64,000 nt of DNA from Candidatus Zymogenaceae bacterium (GCA_016931225.1 JAFGFE010000026.1:11499-75498), one strand, 5' to 3'. Shown: positions 10,253 through 19,367, counted from the stretch's first letter. The notes: a model not told the origin generated them from the sequence alone. Numbers and translations: made by a program.

Positions 10253-11176
10253 TCAACGAGATTTAGGATTCGCACCCACCCGTCCCAGGCCGCTATAGAC
10301 CAGAAACGACCCGTCCCTGACCATGCCCACGAGCATCAGCCCCGCGTCCCGTGCCGCCTGGACGCCCCGGTCCGTGGCGGCGGAGCGGGAGATCAGCGCG
10401 GAAACCCCCAGAAGACGCGCCCTGGCCACGATGTCCGACGCCACCCTGCCGGAGGTGATCAGCGTCATCCCGTCGGTGGGGATACTGTTGATGAGGGCGA
10501 ATCCCGCCACCTTGTCGATGGCGTTCCTTCGGCTGATGTCGCTCCGTGCCGCCACCGCTTCCTCCCCGTCCACAAGCAGCGCGATGTGGCTGCCGTGGGT
10601 CCGATCGTGCACATCCGAGTGCGCCTCCATGAGCCGCATCAAGGAAAATATCCGCTCCGGCGTCATCACGCCGCTCCCGGCGCACCCGGCCTTTTCCGGG
10701 GGGATATCCACGACGGTCCGATGATCGTCGGTCATGGTGAAACCCACAGAATCCCCCAGGGCCCTCCGGATCGCCTCCGGCGGGGCGCCGACATCCACAA
10801 CCGCCCCGCGCCCTTCGTCGATGATGGAGACGGAGAGCACATTCGCCGGGGAGACACGGACGCCGTGGAAAAACAAAAATCCCAGCGCCAGCTCGTCCCA
10901 CGCGCCGGGGGACGCGGTGAGGCTCACCATTCGGCTTCCGCGCGCCGTGATCACCAGGCGCCCCTCGACGATGACGTCCGAAGCTTCCCGGGAAAGACGT
11001 GTGCCGACATATCGCTCGATCGTCTCCGCGGCGATCTTCTCGTCTATGGTATCCTGTCCGAAGGGCGGTCCCCCGCCCCCTCCGTCGCGTTGTGACATAT
11101 CGTGCCGTTTAAAAAACAAACCGCATGGGAGACATACATACCACGTCGGCGTCACGCCGTCAACGCCCATCGCCAC
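10253..11176 (-). CDS. fdhD: Formate dehydrogenase accessory sulfurtransferase FdhD
   Basis: Family-level similarity (GCAGSG Cys loop; THGSHIAL; SGRVASDIV..LISRSA). The start is uncertain: GTG 11176 (a weak GGAGACGG lies upstream), with internal ATGs at 11170 and 11098. The 11098 start would give a 281-aa product. Confidence 0.8.
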   Translation of the reverse strand: MAMGVDGVTPTWYVCLPCGLFFKRHDMSQRDGGGGGPPFGQDTIDEKIAAETIERYVGTRLSREASDVIVEGRLVITARGSRMVSLTASPGAWDELALGFLFFHGVRVSPANVLSVSIIDEGRGAVVDVGAPPEAIRRALGDSVGFTMTDDHRTVVDIPPEKAGCAGSGVMTPERIFSLMRLMEAHSDVHDRTHGSHIALLVDGEEAVAARSDISRRNAIDKVAGFALINSIPTDGMTLITSGRVASDIVARARLLGVSALISRSAATDRGVQAARDAGLMLVGMVRDGSFLVYSGLGRVGANPKSR

Positions 11177-11486
11177 GCCGGCCGTCTCCGGCGGTACTCA
11201 TGCCGCGCGGTATGATCGTCGTTTCAGGGAAACGGGCTCGTTTGCCGCCCGTGACGCACGAGGGGAATTCTTTTATTTTTTTAATTCAAAATGGAAAAAT
11301 GCGCGGTGATATCATCCGGTGCGGACATGGGGAATGTCCGCTCGGCCGTTTGAGCGCCTTAAAAAAGCTCCGACGGATCGAAGACGACGTAAACGGCCGG
11401 GCGCACGTCGCCCCACGAAAAGCGGAACTCGCACGCTGAACGAATAGTCATTGAGACGTTCGGCGGCGGGATGTGCTCCATCTCCC

Positions 11487-11741
11487 TTACACGAAGGGCC
11501 ACGCCGGCCCGGACTCCACCAGCACGATCTCCTCGCACCCGGGACACCAGAAGGCCTGCGCCGTCTCGGCGGCCACCACCCCCAGCTCCGGGTCGGTATT
11601 GACCGATACCAGGATGGTCTCCACCAGGCGCAGCTCCGCCCCGCATTCGAAGCAGGTGGCGTAGACGTCCTCGTCGAAATCGATGATGTCTTCAACGAAG
11701 AACTTTATCCCGTCCTTGACTACAATCTCTCCCACTTTCAT
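11487..11741 (-). CDS. Small hypothetical Cys4 zinc-ribbon protein, immediately upstream of fdhD on the same strand
   Basis: 84 aa from ATG 11741 (GGGGGA 6-7 nt upstream). CFEC..CPGC motifs. No family recognised. Confidence 0.4.
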   Translation of the reverse strand: MKVGEIVVKDGIKFFVEDIIDFDEDVYATCFECGAELRLVETILVSVNTDPELGVVAAETAQAFWCPGCEEIVLVESGPAWPFV

Positions 11742-12412
11742 GGCTATCCCCCGGATAAACCTGTGTGTCGCAAACGATAGTCTCGGTTCCCGGGGGATGA
11801 AATCCGCGCATCCTAGTATTTCTCGGAATCCTTGTATAAATATACCGCAGGCTGTCAGGGGAAAGGTCGTCGGTTTTATATGCATGAAGCGGTGAAAGGC
11901 CGGTGAGATATGAGGGCAGAGGAAAAAAATGATGAACAAAACATGCCGGAAAGATCATTCCGATCGGCGCATGAAAAGAGCATTCCCCGATCACCGAGTT
12001 GAATGATATTTCATATGGGCTATAACACCTCCAAAAAGGTCTCTTGAGGCTATTATTCTACCGGGAAACGGGATGGATGTCAAAAGTTATTTATGAGACC
12101 ATAAGTAATAGTTTATGTGCTGTTTTTTTTACTGCCTTGTCGGTGAACTGAGGCGCGCTTTCGGATCACATACACACCGTCATACCATCCGGGCGAAGCG
12201 ATGGGGCGATCCCTTTGCCTTTGCCCTGTTCCCTATTTCCCCTAAAGGAGGAGTGACGGCCCGGCCCAGAGGCGTCTCACTCCGGAGGCGAGCCGTACAG
12301 TATCCGGGTGGGGGGTTCGAAAAAAAAGCAAAAGAGTCCATAATTCGATGAGTATTTTTCACCATTCTTAGCATACGCTCCTTTTTATAATTTCATTAAC
12401 GTAAAATGTTAA

Positions 12413-12441
12413 TTGACACATTGTGAGAAATTTACTATATT
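12413..12441 (+). promoter_or_regulatory. Consensus sigma70 promoter (TTGACA-N17-TATATT) driving the OLD-family nuclease gene
   Basis: Seen in sequence within the AT-rich stretch, about 35 nt before the RBS (TGAGGT) and ATG 12475. Confidence 0.5.
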
Positions 12442-12474
12442 TACCAATAGTTAATAAAAAACTGAGGTTTCAAA

Positions 12475-14313
12475 ATGAAGTTAGAAAAGTTGATAATATC
12501 AAATTTCAGAGCTTTTAACGGTACTCACGAAATTTCATTCAATGACTTAACGGTATTCATTGGAAAGAATGATATAGGAAAATCTTCAATTCTGGATGCT
12601 CTCGAAATTTTTTTCAATTCAGGTAAAATTGATTCCTCTGATATTAGTATTCACCCAAGTCCAAAAGATAATACTACCAGTAGCATCGGATGTGTTTTTT
12701 CTAAACTACCAGAAGAAATTATCCTTGATGCGAATGCAAAAACATCTTTGAAAGAGGAATATATACTAAATAAAGATGGTTTTTTAGAGATACATAAATC
12801 TTTTAATTTTTCCTCTGCAAAAAATCCAAAAGCTAAAATAATTGCAAAGGCTTACCATCCAACAGAAGAAACCTTTAAAGTATTATTGCATAAAAAGAAC
12901 GCTGATTTAAAAAAACTGGCAGAAGAAAAAGATATTCCAAGCAACGTAGACAAGAGATCAAATGTTGAGCTAAGAAAATTCCTTTGGAGTACTATCGACG
13001 ATTTAAAATTTGACAATGAAGACATCGATCTAGAAAAAGAAGATGCAAGAAAATTATGGGATCAAATTTCGAAAAAACTCCCTCTATTTGCACTATTCAA
13101 AACAGATCGGCCAAGCACAGATGAAGATTCTGAAGTACAAGACCCCATGAAACTTGCTGTAAAGCAGGTAATAAGTGAAATTGAAAATGAATTAGAAACC
13201 ATCAAAGAAAGAATTAAAGAAGAAACTCTTGATGTCGCAACAAGAACGGTTGAAAAACTTAAAGAAATAGATAGCACTCTTGCAGAAGAACTTAAACCAA
13301 CTTTTAAAGAAGAACCAAAGTGGAGTAATATTTTCAAACTTTCACTAACTGATGAAAATCAGATACCTATTAACAAGAGAGGGAGCGGTGTAAGACGACT
13401 TATCCTTATAAGCTTTCTACAAGCAGAGGCTGAAAGAAAACGATCTTCTGAGAATAAAGATAATCTTATTCTTGCTATAGAAGAACCAGAAACTTCACAA
13501 CACCCAGACAATCAGAAACTATTAATCGAGGCACTTGAACAACTATCACAAAAGGAAGGTTATCAAATAATAACAACAACACATGTACCTGCATTGGCAG
13601 GATTAGTGCCTATAAGAAGTATACGGTATATCGAAAAGGCACCAGATAATATAAGACAAATTCAAACAGGTACAGATGACACTGTATTGGAAAAAGTATC
13701 TAATAGTCTCGGTGTTCTGGCAGATAGGAGAGTTAAAGCCATAATTTGTGTTGAAGGTCCCTCAGATGTTAAATATCTAAAGTGTTTTTCAAAAATTCTT
13801 AACAAAAAAGATAACGAAACACCAAACCTAGAGAATACGAATGAAGTTGTGTTCATTCCTATGGGTGGCCGAACTTTACAAGATTGGGTAAACGATAAAT
13901 ATCTTAAACCTTTCGGTCTACCTATGTATTATATTTTTGACAGAGGAGATGAGAATAAGTATGAGGAACAAGCGAATAACATCAATAGTGACCAAGATAA
14001 ATCAATAGCATACATAACTAATGAAAGAGAAATCGAAAACTACTTACATTCATCTGCTATTGAAAAAGCGATTGGAGTTCGAATAGAAATAACTGATACC
14101 AATAAAGTAGCTGAGGAACTCGCAAAACATATTCACTGTAGTGCCCCCAACGCCAAAGAATGGAAAAATTTATCTCCGGAGGAGATAAAGAAAAAAACTA
14201 CCAGATGTAAAAAGAGATTATGCAATGAAGTATTACCATTTATCACATTAAAAATGATTGAAGAAAGAAATGCTATCGAAGAAATTAGTATGTGGCTTGA
14301 ACCATTAAAATGA
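12475..14313 (+). CDS. OLD-family ATP-dependent endonuclease (N-terminal ABC/AAA_15-21 ATPase + C-terminal Toprim); class-1-like stand-alone defence nuclease
   Basis: 612 aa. Walker A FIGKNDIGKSSILDAL; ABC signature/Walker B LILAIEEPETSQHP. The C-terminal AIICVEGPSDV..FIPMGG..IFDRGDEN..NEREIENY block is consistent with Toprim acidic residues. The gene is strongly AT-rich compared with its flanks. Confidence 0.8.
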   Translation: MKLEKLIISNFRAFNGTHEISFNDLTVFIGKNDIGKSSILDALEIFFNSGKIDSSDISIHPSPKDNTTSSIGCVFSKLPEEIILDANAKTSLKEEYILNKDGFLEIHKSFNFSSAKNPKAKIIAKAYHPTEETFKVLLHKKNADLKKLAEEKDIPSNVDKRSNVELRKFLWSTIDDLKFDNEDIDLEKEDARKLWDQISKKLPLFALFKTDRPSTDEDSEVQDPMKLAVKQVISEIENELETIKERIKEETLDVATRTVEKLKEIDSTLAEELKPTFKEEPKWSNIFKLSLTDENQIPINKRGSGVRRLILISFLQAEAERKRSSENKDNLILAIEEPETSQHPDNQKLLIEALEQLSQKEGYQIITTTHVPALAGLVPIRSIRYIEKAPDNIRQIQTGTDDTVLEKVSNSLGVLADRRVKAIICVEGPSDVKYLKCFSKILNKKDNETPNLENTNEVVFIPMGGRTLQDWVNDKYLKPFGLPMYYIFDRGDENKYEEQANNINSDQDKSIAYITNEREIENYLHSSAIEKAIGVRIEITDTNKVAEELAKHIHCSAPNAKEWKNLSPEEIKKKTTRCKKRLCNEVLPFITLKMIEERNAIEEISMWLEPLK

Positions 14314-14330
14314 TTTGAGAATAATTACTT

Positions 14331-15185
14331 TCAGAAATAATTCCTGAACGGGTGGGTTAACAGAAATACGTCCATGTCCCGGATGAGAGACGGGGGGATG
14401 GTGGTGGCCACGCCGATATTCTGGACGAGTGTGTTCATCCCCACCACCAGGCCCACGCACTTGAGCATGTCGTCCCGAAGGTCCAGGGCGAAGACCGGAC
14501 CGCCGGAGTTTCCGGGCATGAAGATATCGTTGGCGACGATAATAAAGGCGTTTTCGTCGGTGAGGATCACGTCCGCGTCCGGCTCGGATATCTGGGCGCC
14601 GATGAGCTTCGGGTGTCCGTCGCCTCCGTAGCCCATATAATAAATGAAGAAGTTCATCTCATCGGGCGTCGGCCCGAATTCGAAGGACGTGGTATGTTCC
14701 ACGTCATAAAAGGACATCAGGTGCAGCAGGAGAAGGTCGTAGCTGGGATAGCGCCTGACCACCTTCAACGGGACAACTTTCCCCTGATGAAGGAGAAACA
14801 TATCCCCGGTCATGTGCGAGTCCACGTGATTGGCCGTCAGGACGAAGAGATTCCGATGATACTCAAAGACGATGCCGCTCCCCATGGCATCGGTTGTATA
14901 GACCGGGTGAATGCCCCGATACAGATCCAACACCTGCTCCTGGTCGATCCAAAAGCTGTTCCGGGCGTAATCGCTTTTGGGCAATCCCCAGAGCGTGGAT
15001 TTCAAAACCGAAAACAGGGGCGGGACTATCCCCGGGGCGATCACCAGCAACAGAAAAAGCGCAAGCAGCGTGCCCAGAATCATATTCCGGAAGCGCGTCT
15101 TCGATTCCTGCTGTTTCTGTTTCTGCTCCGCCAGGGCGGCCAGGGCGGCCGGTGAGAGCCGCTGTTTGTGATTCTGTGTATTCAT
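14331..15185 (-). CDS. Membrane-anchored trypsin-like (S1/chymotrypsin-fold) serine protease
   Basis: 284 aa. N-terminal TM helix; catalytic-triad-like TANHV (His), a conserved Asp, and MPGNSGGPV (Ser). Confidence 0.7.
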   Translation of the reverse strand: MNTQNHKQRLSPAALAALAEQKQKQQESKTRFRNMILGTLLALFLLLVIAPGIVPPLFSVLKSTLWGLPKSDYARNSFWIDQEQVLDLYRGIHPVYTTDAMGSGIVFEYHRNLFVLTANHVDSHMTGDMFLLHQGKVVPLKVVRRYPSYDLLLLHLMSFYDVEHTTSFEFGPTPDEMNFFIYYMGYGGDGHPKLIGAQISEPDADVILTDENAFIIVANDIFMPGNSGGPVFALDLRDDMLKCVGLVVGMNTLVQNIGVATTIPPSLIRDMDVFLLTHPFRNYF

Positions 15186-15335
15186 GGCGATGTGTTTACA
15201 TATATCATTTTCGCGCTCGTTTCGTCAATCGTCAGGCGGGAGTGTTTATGAAAAAAACACGGTTTTGACGAATGGTGCTCACGCCCGTCGAATGCTCTTC
15301 GGCGATTTTTTGTATCACCGCTCTTTATACGGGTC

Positions 15336-16616
15336 TCATCCCGTCGTCTCCTCCGGGATCGGGGTTCCCTCCGCCGGGAGGAACTGCGCCCGCACCCACC
15401 GCCAGGCGGAGGTCACCCGGGCAACCACCCTAAGATCCGTTACCTGCCGGGAAAGCCCCAGGGCCTCGGCCACCGCCTCCTCGTGTCCCCGGTAGCGGGG
15501 CGGCAGTTCAAAGAGCGTCCGGGAGGCGTCCCCCTCCGTCGGCTCCACGACGGAAGGCCCCCACACTCCCCGGGCCGCCGCCAGCTCCCGGGCCGCCCTT
15601 GGGTACACGACACGGCGGGCCGGCAGCACCAGCCAGGGTCTCGTTCGAAACACCGGGAACTCCCCCTCACACGAAAGACGCCCGAAGCTGCGGCGGGGGA
15701 CTCCTTCCATCTCCCGGGCGGCGAAGGCGGTCACCGGTAAGAGTCGTAAGTCATCAACGGACGCCGCGCGGTTTCCCAGAAGATCGCCGACGATCACAAC
15801 GCCGTATACGGTCATGCGCATGGACCACCCGGCCAATCGATACGCCAGGTAGAGGACGATGAGCACCGCCACAAGCCCCAGGATGGGGCTGATGATCGCC
15901 GTAACCGCCAGCATCGCCAGCACCGCAAGCCGCAGCCCCTTGAGCACCACGCCGGTAAACGGCACGGGGGAGATCAGCGTCAGCGCCTCCACGACGGCGC
16001 TGGCCAGCCACACCATCAGGAATATTCCGCCCGCGAGTATCGAGGAGACGACCACCGCGATGCCGCCTACGATCCCGCCGACACCGCCCCCTTCCCCCGT
16101 CCCGTCCGCCGCCCAGGCCGTTCCCGGCCCCAGAAATCGAAAGAGGCTCGACACCGCCTCGCCCACGGGCTGGGTCAGCACCTCCACCAGCCCCGGCACA
16201 ATGGCCGCCAGGGCCAGGGCCGCCAGCACGTACTGCTGGGCCAGGGCCACGCCGTCCAGCACCTTTTTCGAGGGGGGATACGCCTCGCCGATGGTGTCGT
16301 TGAGCCCCACCAGCACCAGGAGTATCGCCAGCAGGATCAGAAAAACCGGCGAATAGAACCACCGGACGCTCTCCCCGTCCCGGACCGCGTTGATGTAGTG
16401 ATAGCTCCCCACCACCATCAGCCCGAGGAGCGGATTGACGGCGATGCCCACGGTCTTGGACAGCTCCCGGGATATCGCCGTTCCCCGGTCGTACATATCG
16501 GTGATGTCCCGGGCCGCCTCGCTCACCGCCTCCAGTTCCTCATCCTGGGAGGGGGCGGCCGCGGCCACGCCCAGAGACAGCGCCGCAACAACCAGAAGCG
16601 CCACAACTCGTTTCAT
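15336..16616 (-). CDS. Hypothetical secreted/polytopic membrane protein (signal peptide, Gly-rich TM helices, Arg/Pro-rich C-terminal tail)
   Basis: 426 aa, no recognised family, on the same strand as and directly upstream of the protease gene. The ORF-track end of 16616 and my reading of the sequence differ by 1 nt. Confidence 0.55.
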   Translation of the reverse strand: MKRVVALLVVAALSLGVAAAAPSQDEELEAVSEAARDITDMYDRGTAISRELSKTVGIAVNPLLGLMVVGSYHYINAVRDGESVRWFYSPVFLILLAILLVLVGLNDTIGEAYPPSKKVLDGVALAQQYVLAALALAAIVPGLVEVLTQPVGEAVSSLFRFLGPGTAWAADGTGEGGGVGGIVGGIAVVVSSILAGGIFLMVWLASAVVEALTLISPVPFTGVVLKGLRLAVLAMLAVTAIISPILGLVAVLIVLYLAYRLAGWSMRMTVYGVVIVGDLLGNRAASVDDLRLLPVTAFAAREMEGVPRRSFGRLSCEGEFPVFRTRPWLVLPARRVVYPRAARELAAARGVWGPSVVEPTEGDASRTLFELPPRYRGHEEAVAEALGLSRQVTDLRVVARVTSAWRWVRAQFLPAEGTPIPEETTG

Positions 16617-16759
16617 ACGTCACCCCGCCATACAGGCCGACTCACAGGTCACATGCGCCTATCGCGTGTTCCTCTTATAATACCACGACCGTTTCTGCGA
16701 GGAAACGGTTTTTCGCCCCTCCCCGGGAGAGGGGCGACTTTCTTTCGCCCCTTTTTCCC

Positions 16760-16809
16760 TTGACAGGTCCCCGCAAGATTCCTATAATATGATGGCCAAC
16801 ATACGTTGG
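16760..16809 (+). promoter_or_regulatory. Perfect consensus sigma70 promoter (TTGACA-N17-TATAAT) abutted by a CCAAC-ATAC-GTTGG palindrome; candidate lexA promoter/operator
   Basis: Seen in sequence: -35 at 16760-16765, -10 at 16783-16788, inverted repeat at 16796-16809. This is about 200 nt upstream of the lexA ATG. Confidence 0.5.
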
Positions 16810-17007
16810 GGCTGTAATCATGATACCGGGCGGCAGGGGGGGCCTATCGACGGCGACCGGCAGCCTCCGGTTGTGTGAGAGTAACACGGTCGTACCCCGC
16901 CCCTTCCACAGCGGCGGTGCGGGGTCTCCCTCGGTATTGCGGGCAACGGCGCGCATGCGCCCCGGTGCCCGGAAGAAGTTTTTCGCCGCGGGGTGAAAGG
17001 AGGACAG

Positions 17008-17682
17008 ATGGTCGAGCGACTCACCGACAGGCAGCAGGAGGCCCTGGATTTCATCCGGGCGTACACCGAAGACCGGGGCTACCCCCCCACGATGCGGGAG
17101 CTGGCCGACGGCCTGGGCCTTTCCGGCCCCAAGGGCGCCAAGGAATACATGGATATCCTGGAGCGCAAGGGATACATCCGGCGGGAGCCGGAGAGCTCCC
17201 GGGCGCTGACGATTATCGACGGCGGCCGGGGGGAGGGGGACGCCGGGCCGGGTCTCTTCTCCCGCCTGGAGGGGATCCCGGTGGTCGGGCGGGTGGCGGC
17301 GGGGATGCCCATCACCGCCGTGGAGAATATCGAGGGCTATTTCACCCTGGCCGGCAGGCGCACCGACGACCTGTTCATGCTCCGGGTCTCGGGAGACAGC
17401 ATGATCGAGGCCCACATCGCGCCGGGGGACATGGTGCTGGTCAATCCCCTGTCCCGGGTGGAAAACGGGGACATCGTGGTGGCCCTGCTCGACGGCGAGG
17501 CCACCGTCAAGCGATACAAGACCAGCCACCGCCCGGGGCCCGAGGGGTCCGGGGTGGTGCTCTACCCGGAAAACCGAACCATGCAGCCCATCTTCGTGGA
17601 CGGCGGGATGGATTTTTCCATCGTCGGCAAAGTGGTGGGCGTGGTGCGGGACATGGAGGGGGATCTGGTGATGCCCGAATAG
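17008..17682 (+). CDS. lexA: LexA repressor (wHTH + S24 peptidase)
   Basis: MVERLTDRQQEALDFIRAY N-terminus; catalytic Ser in VSGDSM and catalytic Lys in ATVKRYK. AGGAGGA RBS. Confidence 0.93.
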   Translation: MVERLTDRQQEALDFIRAYTEDRGYPPTMRELADGLGLSGPKGAKEYMDILERKGYIRREPESSRALTIIDGGRGEGDAGPGLFSRLEGIPVVGRVAAGMPITAVENIEGYFTLAGRRTDDLFMLRVSGDSMIEAHIAPGDMVLVNPLSRVENGDIVVALLDGEATVKRYKTSHRPGPEGSGVVLYPENRTMQPIFVDGGMDFSIVGKVVGVVRDMEGDLVMPE

Positions 17683-17987
17683 GTCCGGGGGGGGGAGGGG
17701 GGAGCGAAAGAGATAGGGAGCGTGAGAGATAATCACCGGCAACCGGAAAGAGGCCGGGATAAGAGAATTTTTATAATAGAAGTAATGTATACCCCGGTCG
17801 AAGGAGGTCCTCCCCGGTGACGGGCCGACGCCCGGTCATGCCGCTCGACCCCTCGCCCGGCGGCGGCGCGGTGTGTCCCCATCGGCGGCGGAGTGAAAAC
17901 AGGCTCCGCCTCCCGGCCTCGCCCCGCAGTAAGTGAATATCCAATGACACACATCAGCCACGCATACATGCCGCGGAGAAATACACC

Positions 17988-18239
17988 ATGCCGTTCGTCA
18001 TCGGAGAGTCCGTTACGGTGGGCGCCGTCTTTGGCGACGGGCGGGTGAATCCCAAGTGGTTCATCTGGCGGGGGGAAAAATATCCGGTGGACGGCATCAC
18101 CTACACCTGGCGGGACCAAGACGGACGGGACACCGTCCACCACTTCGCCGTGCTGGCCTGCGGCAACCTCTACGAGCTGTGCTACCGCGAGCGGCGGATG
18201 AACTGGTTTCTGGCGTCGGTGGAGGTGGAGGGGGGGTAG
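17988..18239 (+). CDS. Hypothetical small protein (83 aa) downstream of lexA
   Basis: Protein-like composition with Trp/Tyr-rich content; GGAG 9 nt upstream. The competing antisense ORF looks spurious. Confidence 0.4.
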   Translation: MPFVIGESVTVGAVFGDGRVNPKWFIWRGEKYPVDGITYTWRDQDGRDTVHHFAVLACGNLYELCYRERRMNWFLASVEVEGG

Positions 18240-18242
18240 ATA

Positions 18243-19358
18243 TTATTCCCCGTCAAACTCTTCCGGGTACTGCTCGTGGAGATACGTCAACAGCGCCTCG
18301 GCGGCGATACGCACGCCAGTCGGATTCCAGTGGGTGTCCCCCGGATAGTAAATCAGATCGTTGATATCGTTCTTTTCACGATATGCCATATAGTCCGGGA
18401 GGACATTCACGCACGGGACCCCTCGACGCGCAAGCTCCTTTTCGAGGCGCGGGATAAAATCATGGTACGGTCCCGCCCCGGCAAGGTCGCCGTATATCGT
18501 GTATTTATCAGGTATGGGCAAAAAGATCATTTCGATGTTGTATTCCCGTTCCAGCACCTCCCGGATTTCCATGATAACGTCCGCCATGACGGCGACGTCT
18601 TCCTGCGAGAATTCCAGATTGTACGCGTCTACCTCGGCGTATGAAAACAGCATATTCGGTTTCAGGGAATATTTCGGCGTCAGATCGGGCAGCTCGTGAA
18701 ACAGAAAGAACCTGAGCGTGGACAAACAGGAAACAAGCCACCGGGTTCCCTGGAAGTTCAAAAACGTATACTCGATCTTGTCCTTATGGAGATAGATCGC
18801 TTCGAGGTGCGTGTCAATCTCCTGGAGAAAGGAGGACGCCTCCTCCCGCGTCTCTGTTTCCGAAACGACGTCTTCTTCCGGGGCGGGCGCCATTTCCGGG
18901 ATCTCCCGTGCGATCAGGCGTTCCACCTTCTCCCACACGAGAAAGGTTTTTCCCTTGGGAGCATATTGGAGCTCGGACAGCATGACAAGGGGGTTGTTTC
19001 TCCCCTGTGATCTGAGCGCCGCGTATACGATGATCGATGTGTTTTTGCCGGTCTCCCGTGAGAGTTCATACCCGAGGAGCTCATCATTGAACGCGACAAA
19101 GCTGTCTCCAAACAGAACGACGTCGGCATCATTCACCTCCACGAACGTCTCGAGGTCCGACCAGGGAAACTCGTCCGGGATTTTTGATTTGAACACCGCC
19201 ACCTTGTTCAGGTCATACAGGTCCCCATAGTGCGCGCCGTGACCGGTGACCGATTTTCCCATTTCCGGGATATGGCTTGCCACAAGGAGAAAAAGGAAAT
19301 ACAGCGCGGCGATGTAAAAAAGACCCTGGACGATTATCGATTTTTTCCCGTTCAGCAT
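18243..19358 (-). CDS. AlgJ/AlgX-like SGNH-fold polysaccharide O-acetyltransferase partner (periplasmic, N-terminal anchor)
   Basis: 371 aa; a DTHWNP motif near the C-terminus and an N-terminal TM segment; adjacent to and co-oriented with the MBOAT gene. Confidence 0.65.
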   Translation of the reverse strand: MLNGKKSIIVQGLFYIAALYFLFLLVASHIPEMGKSVTGHGAHYGDLYDLNKVAVFKSKIPDEFPWSDLETFVEVNDADVVLFGDSFVAFNDELLGYELSRETGKNTSIIVYAALRSQGRNNPLVMLSELQYAPKGKTFLVWEKVERLIAREIPEMAPAPEEDVVSETETREEASSFLQEIDTHLEAIYLHKDKIEYTFLNFQGTRWLVSCLSTLRFFLFHELPDLTPKYSLKPNMLFSYAEVDAYNLEFSQEDVAVMADVIMEIREVLEREYNIEMIFLPIPDKYTIYGDLAGAGPYHDFIPRLEKELARRGVPCVNVLPDYMAYREKNDINDLIYYPGDTHWNPTGVRIAAEALLTYLHEQYPEEFDGE

Positions 19359-19367
19359 GGCTCTTCA

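Noticed and set aside
12230-12330. Possible complete tRNA gene at the island boundary
   Set aside because: Only a T-arm-like GGTTCGAA segment with no complementary closing stem, acceptor stem or anticodon arm; kept only as a remnant or structure candidate (see findings)
16675-17742. 355-aa minus-strand ORF overlapping lexA
   Set aside because: His/Pro/Gly/Arg-rich with no motifs; lexA on the plus strand is unambiguous
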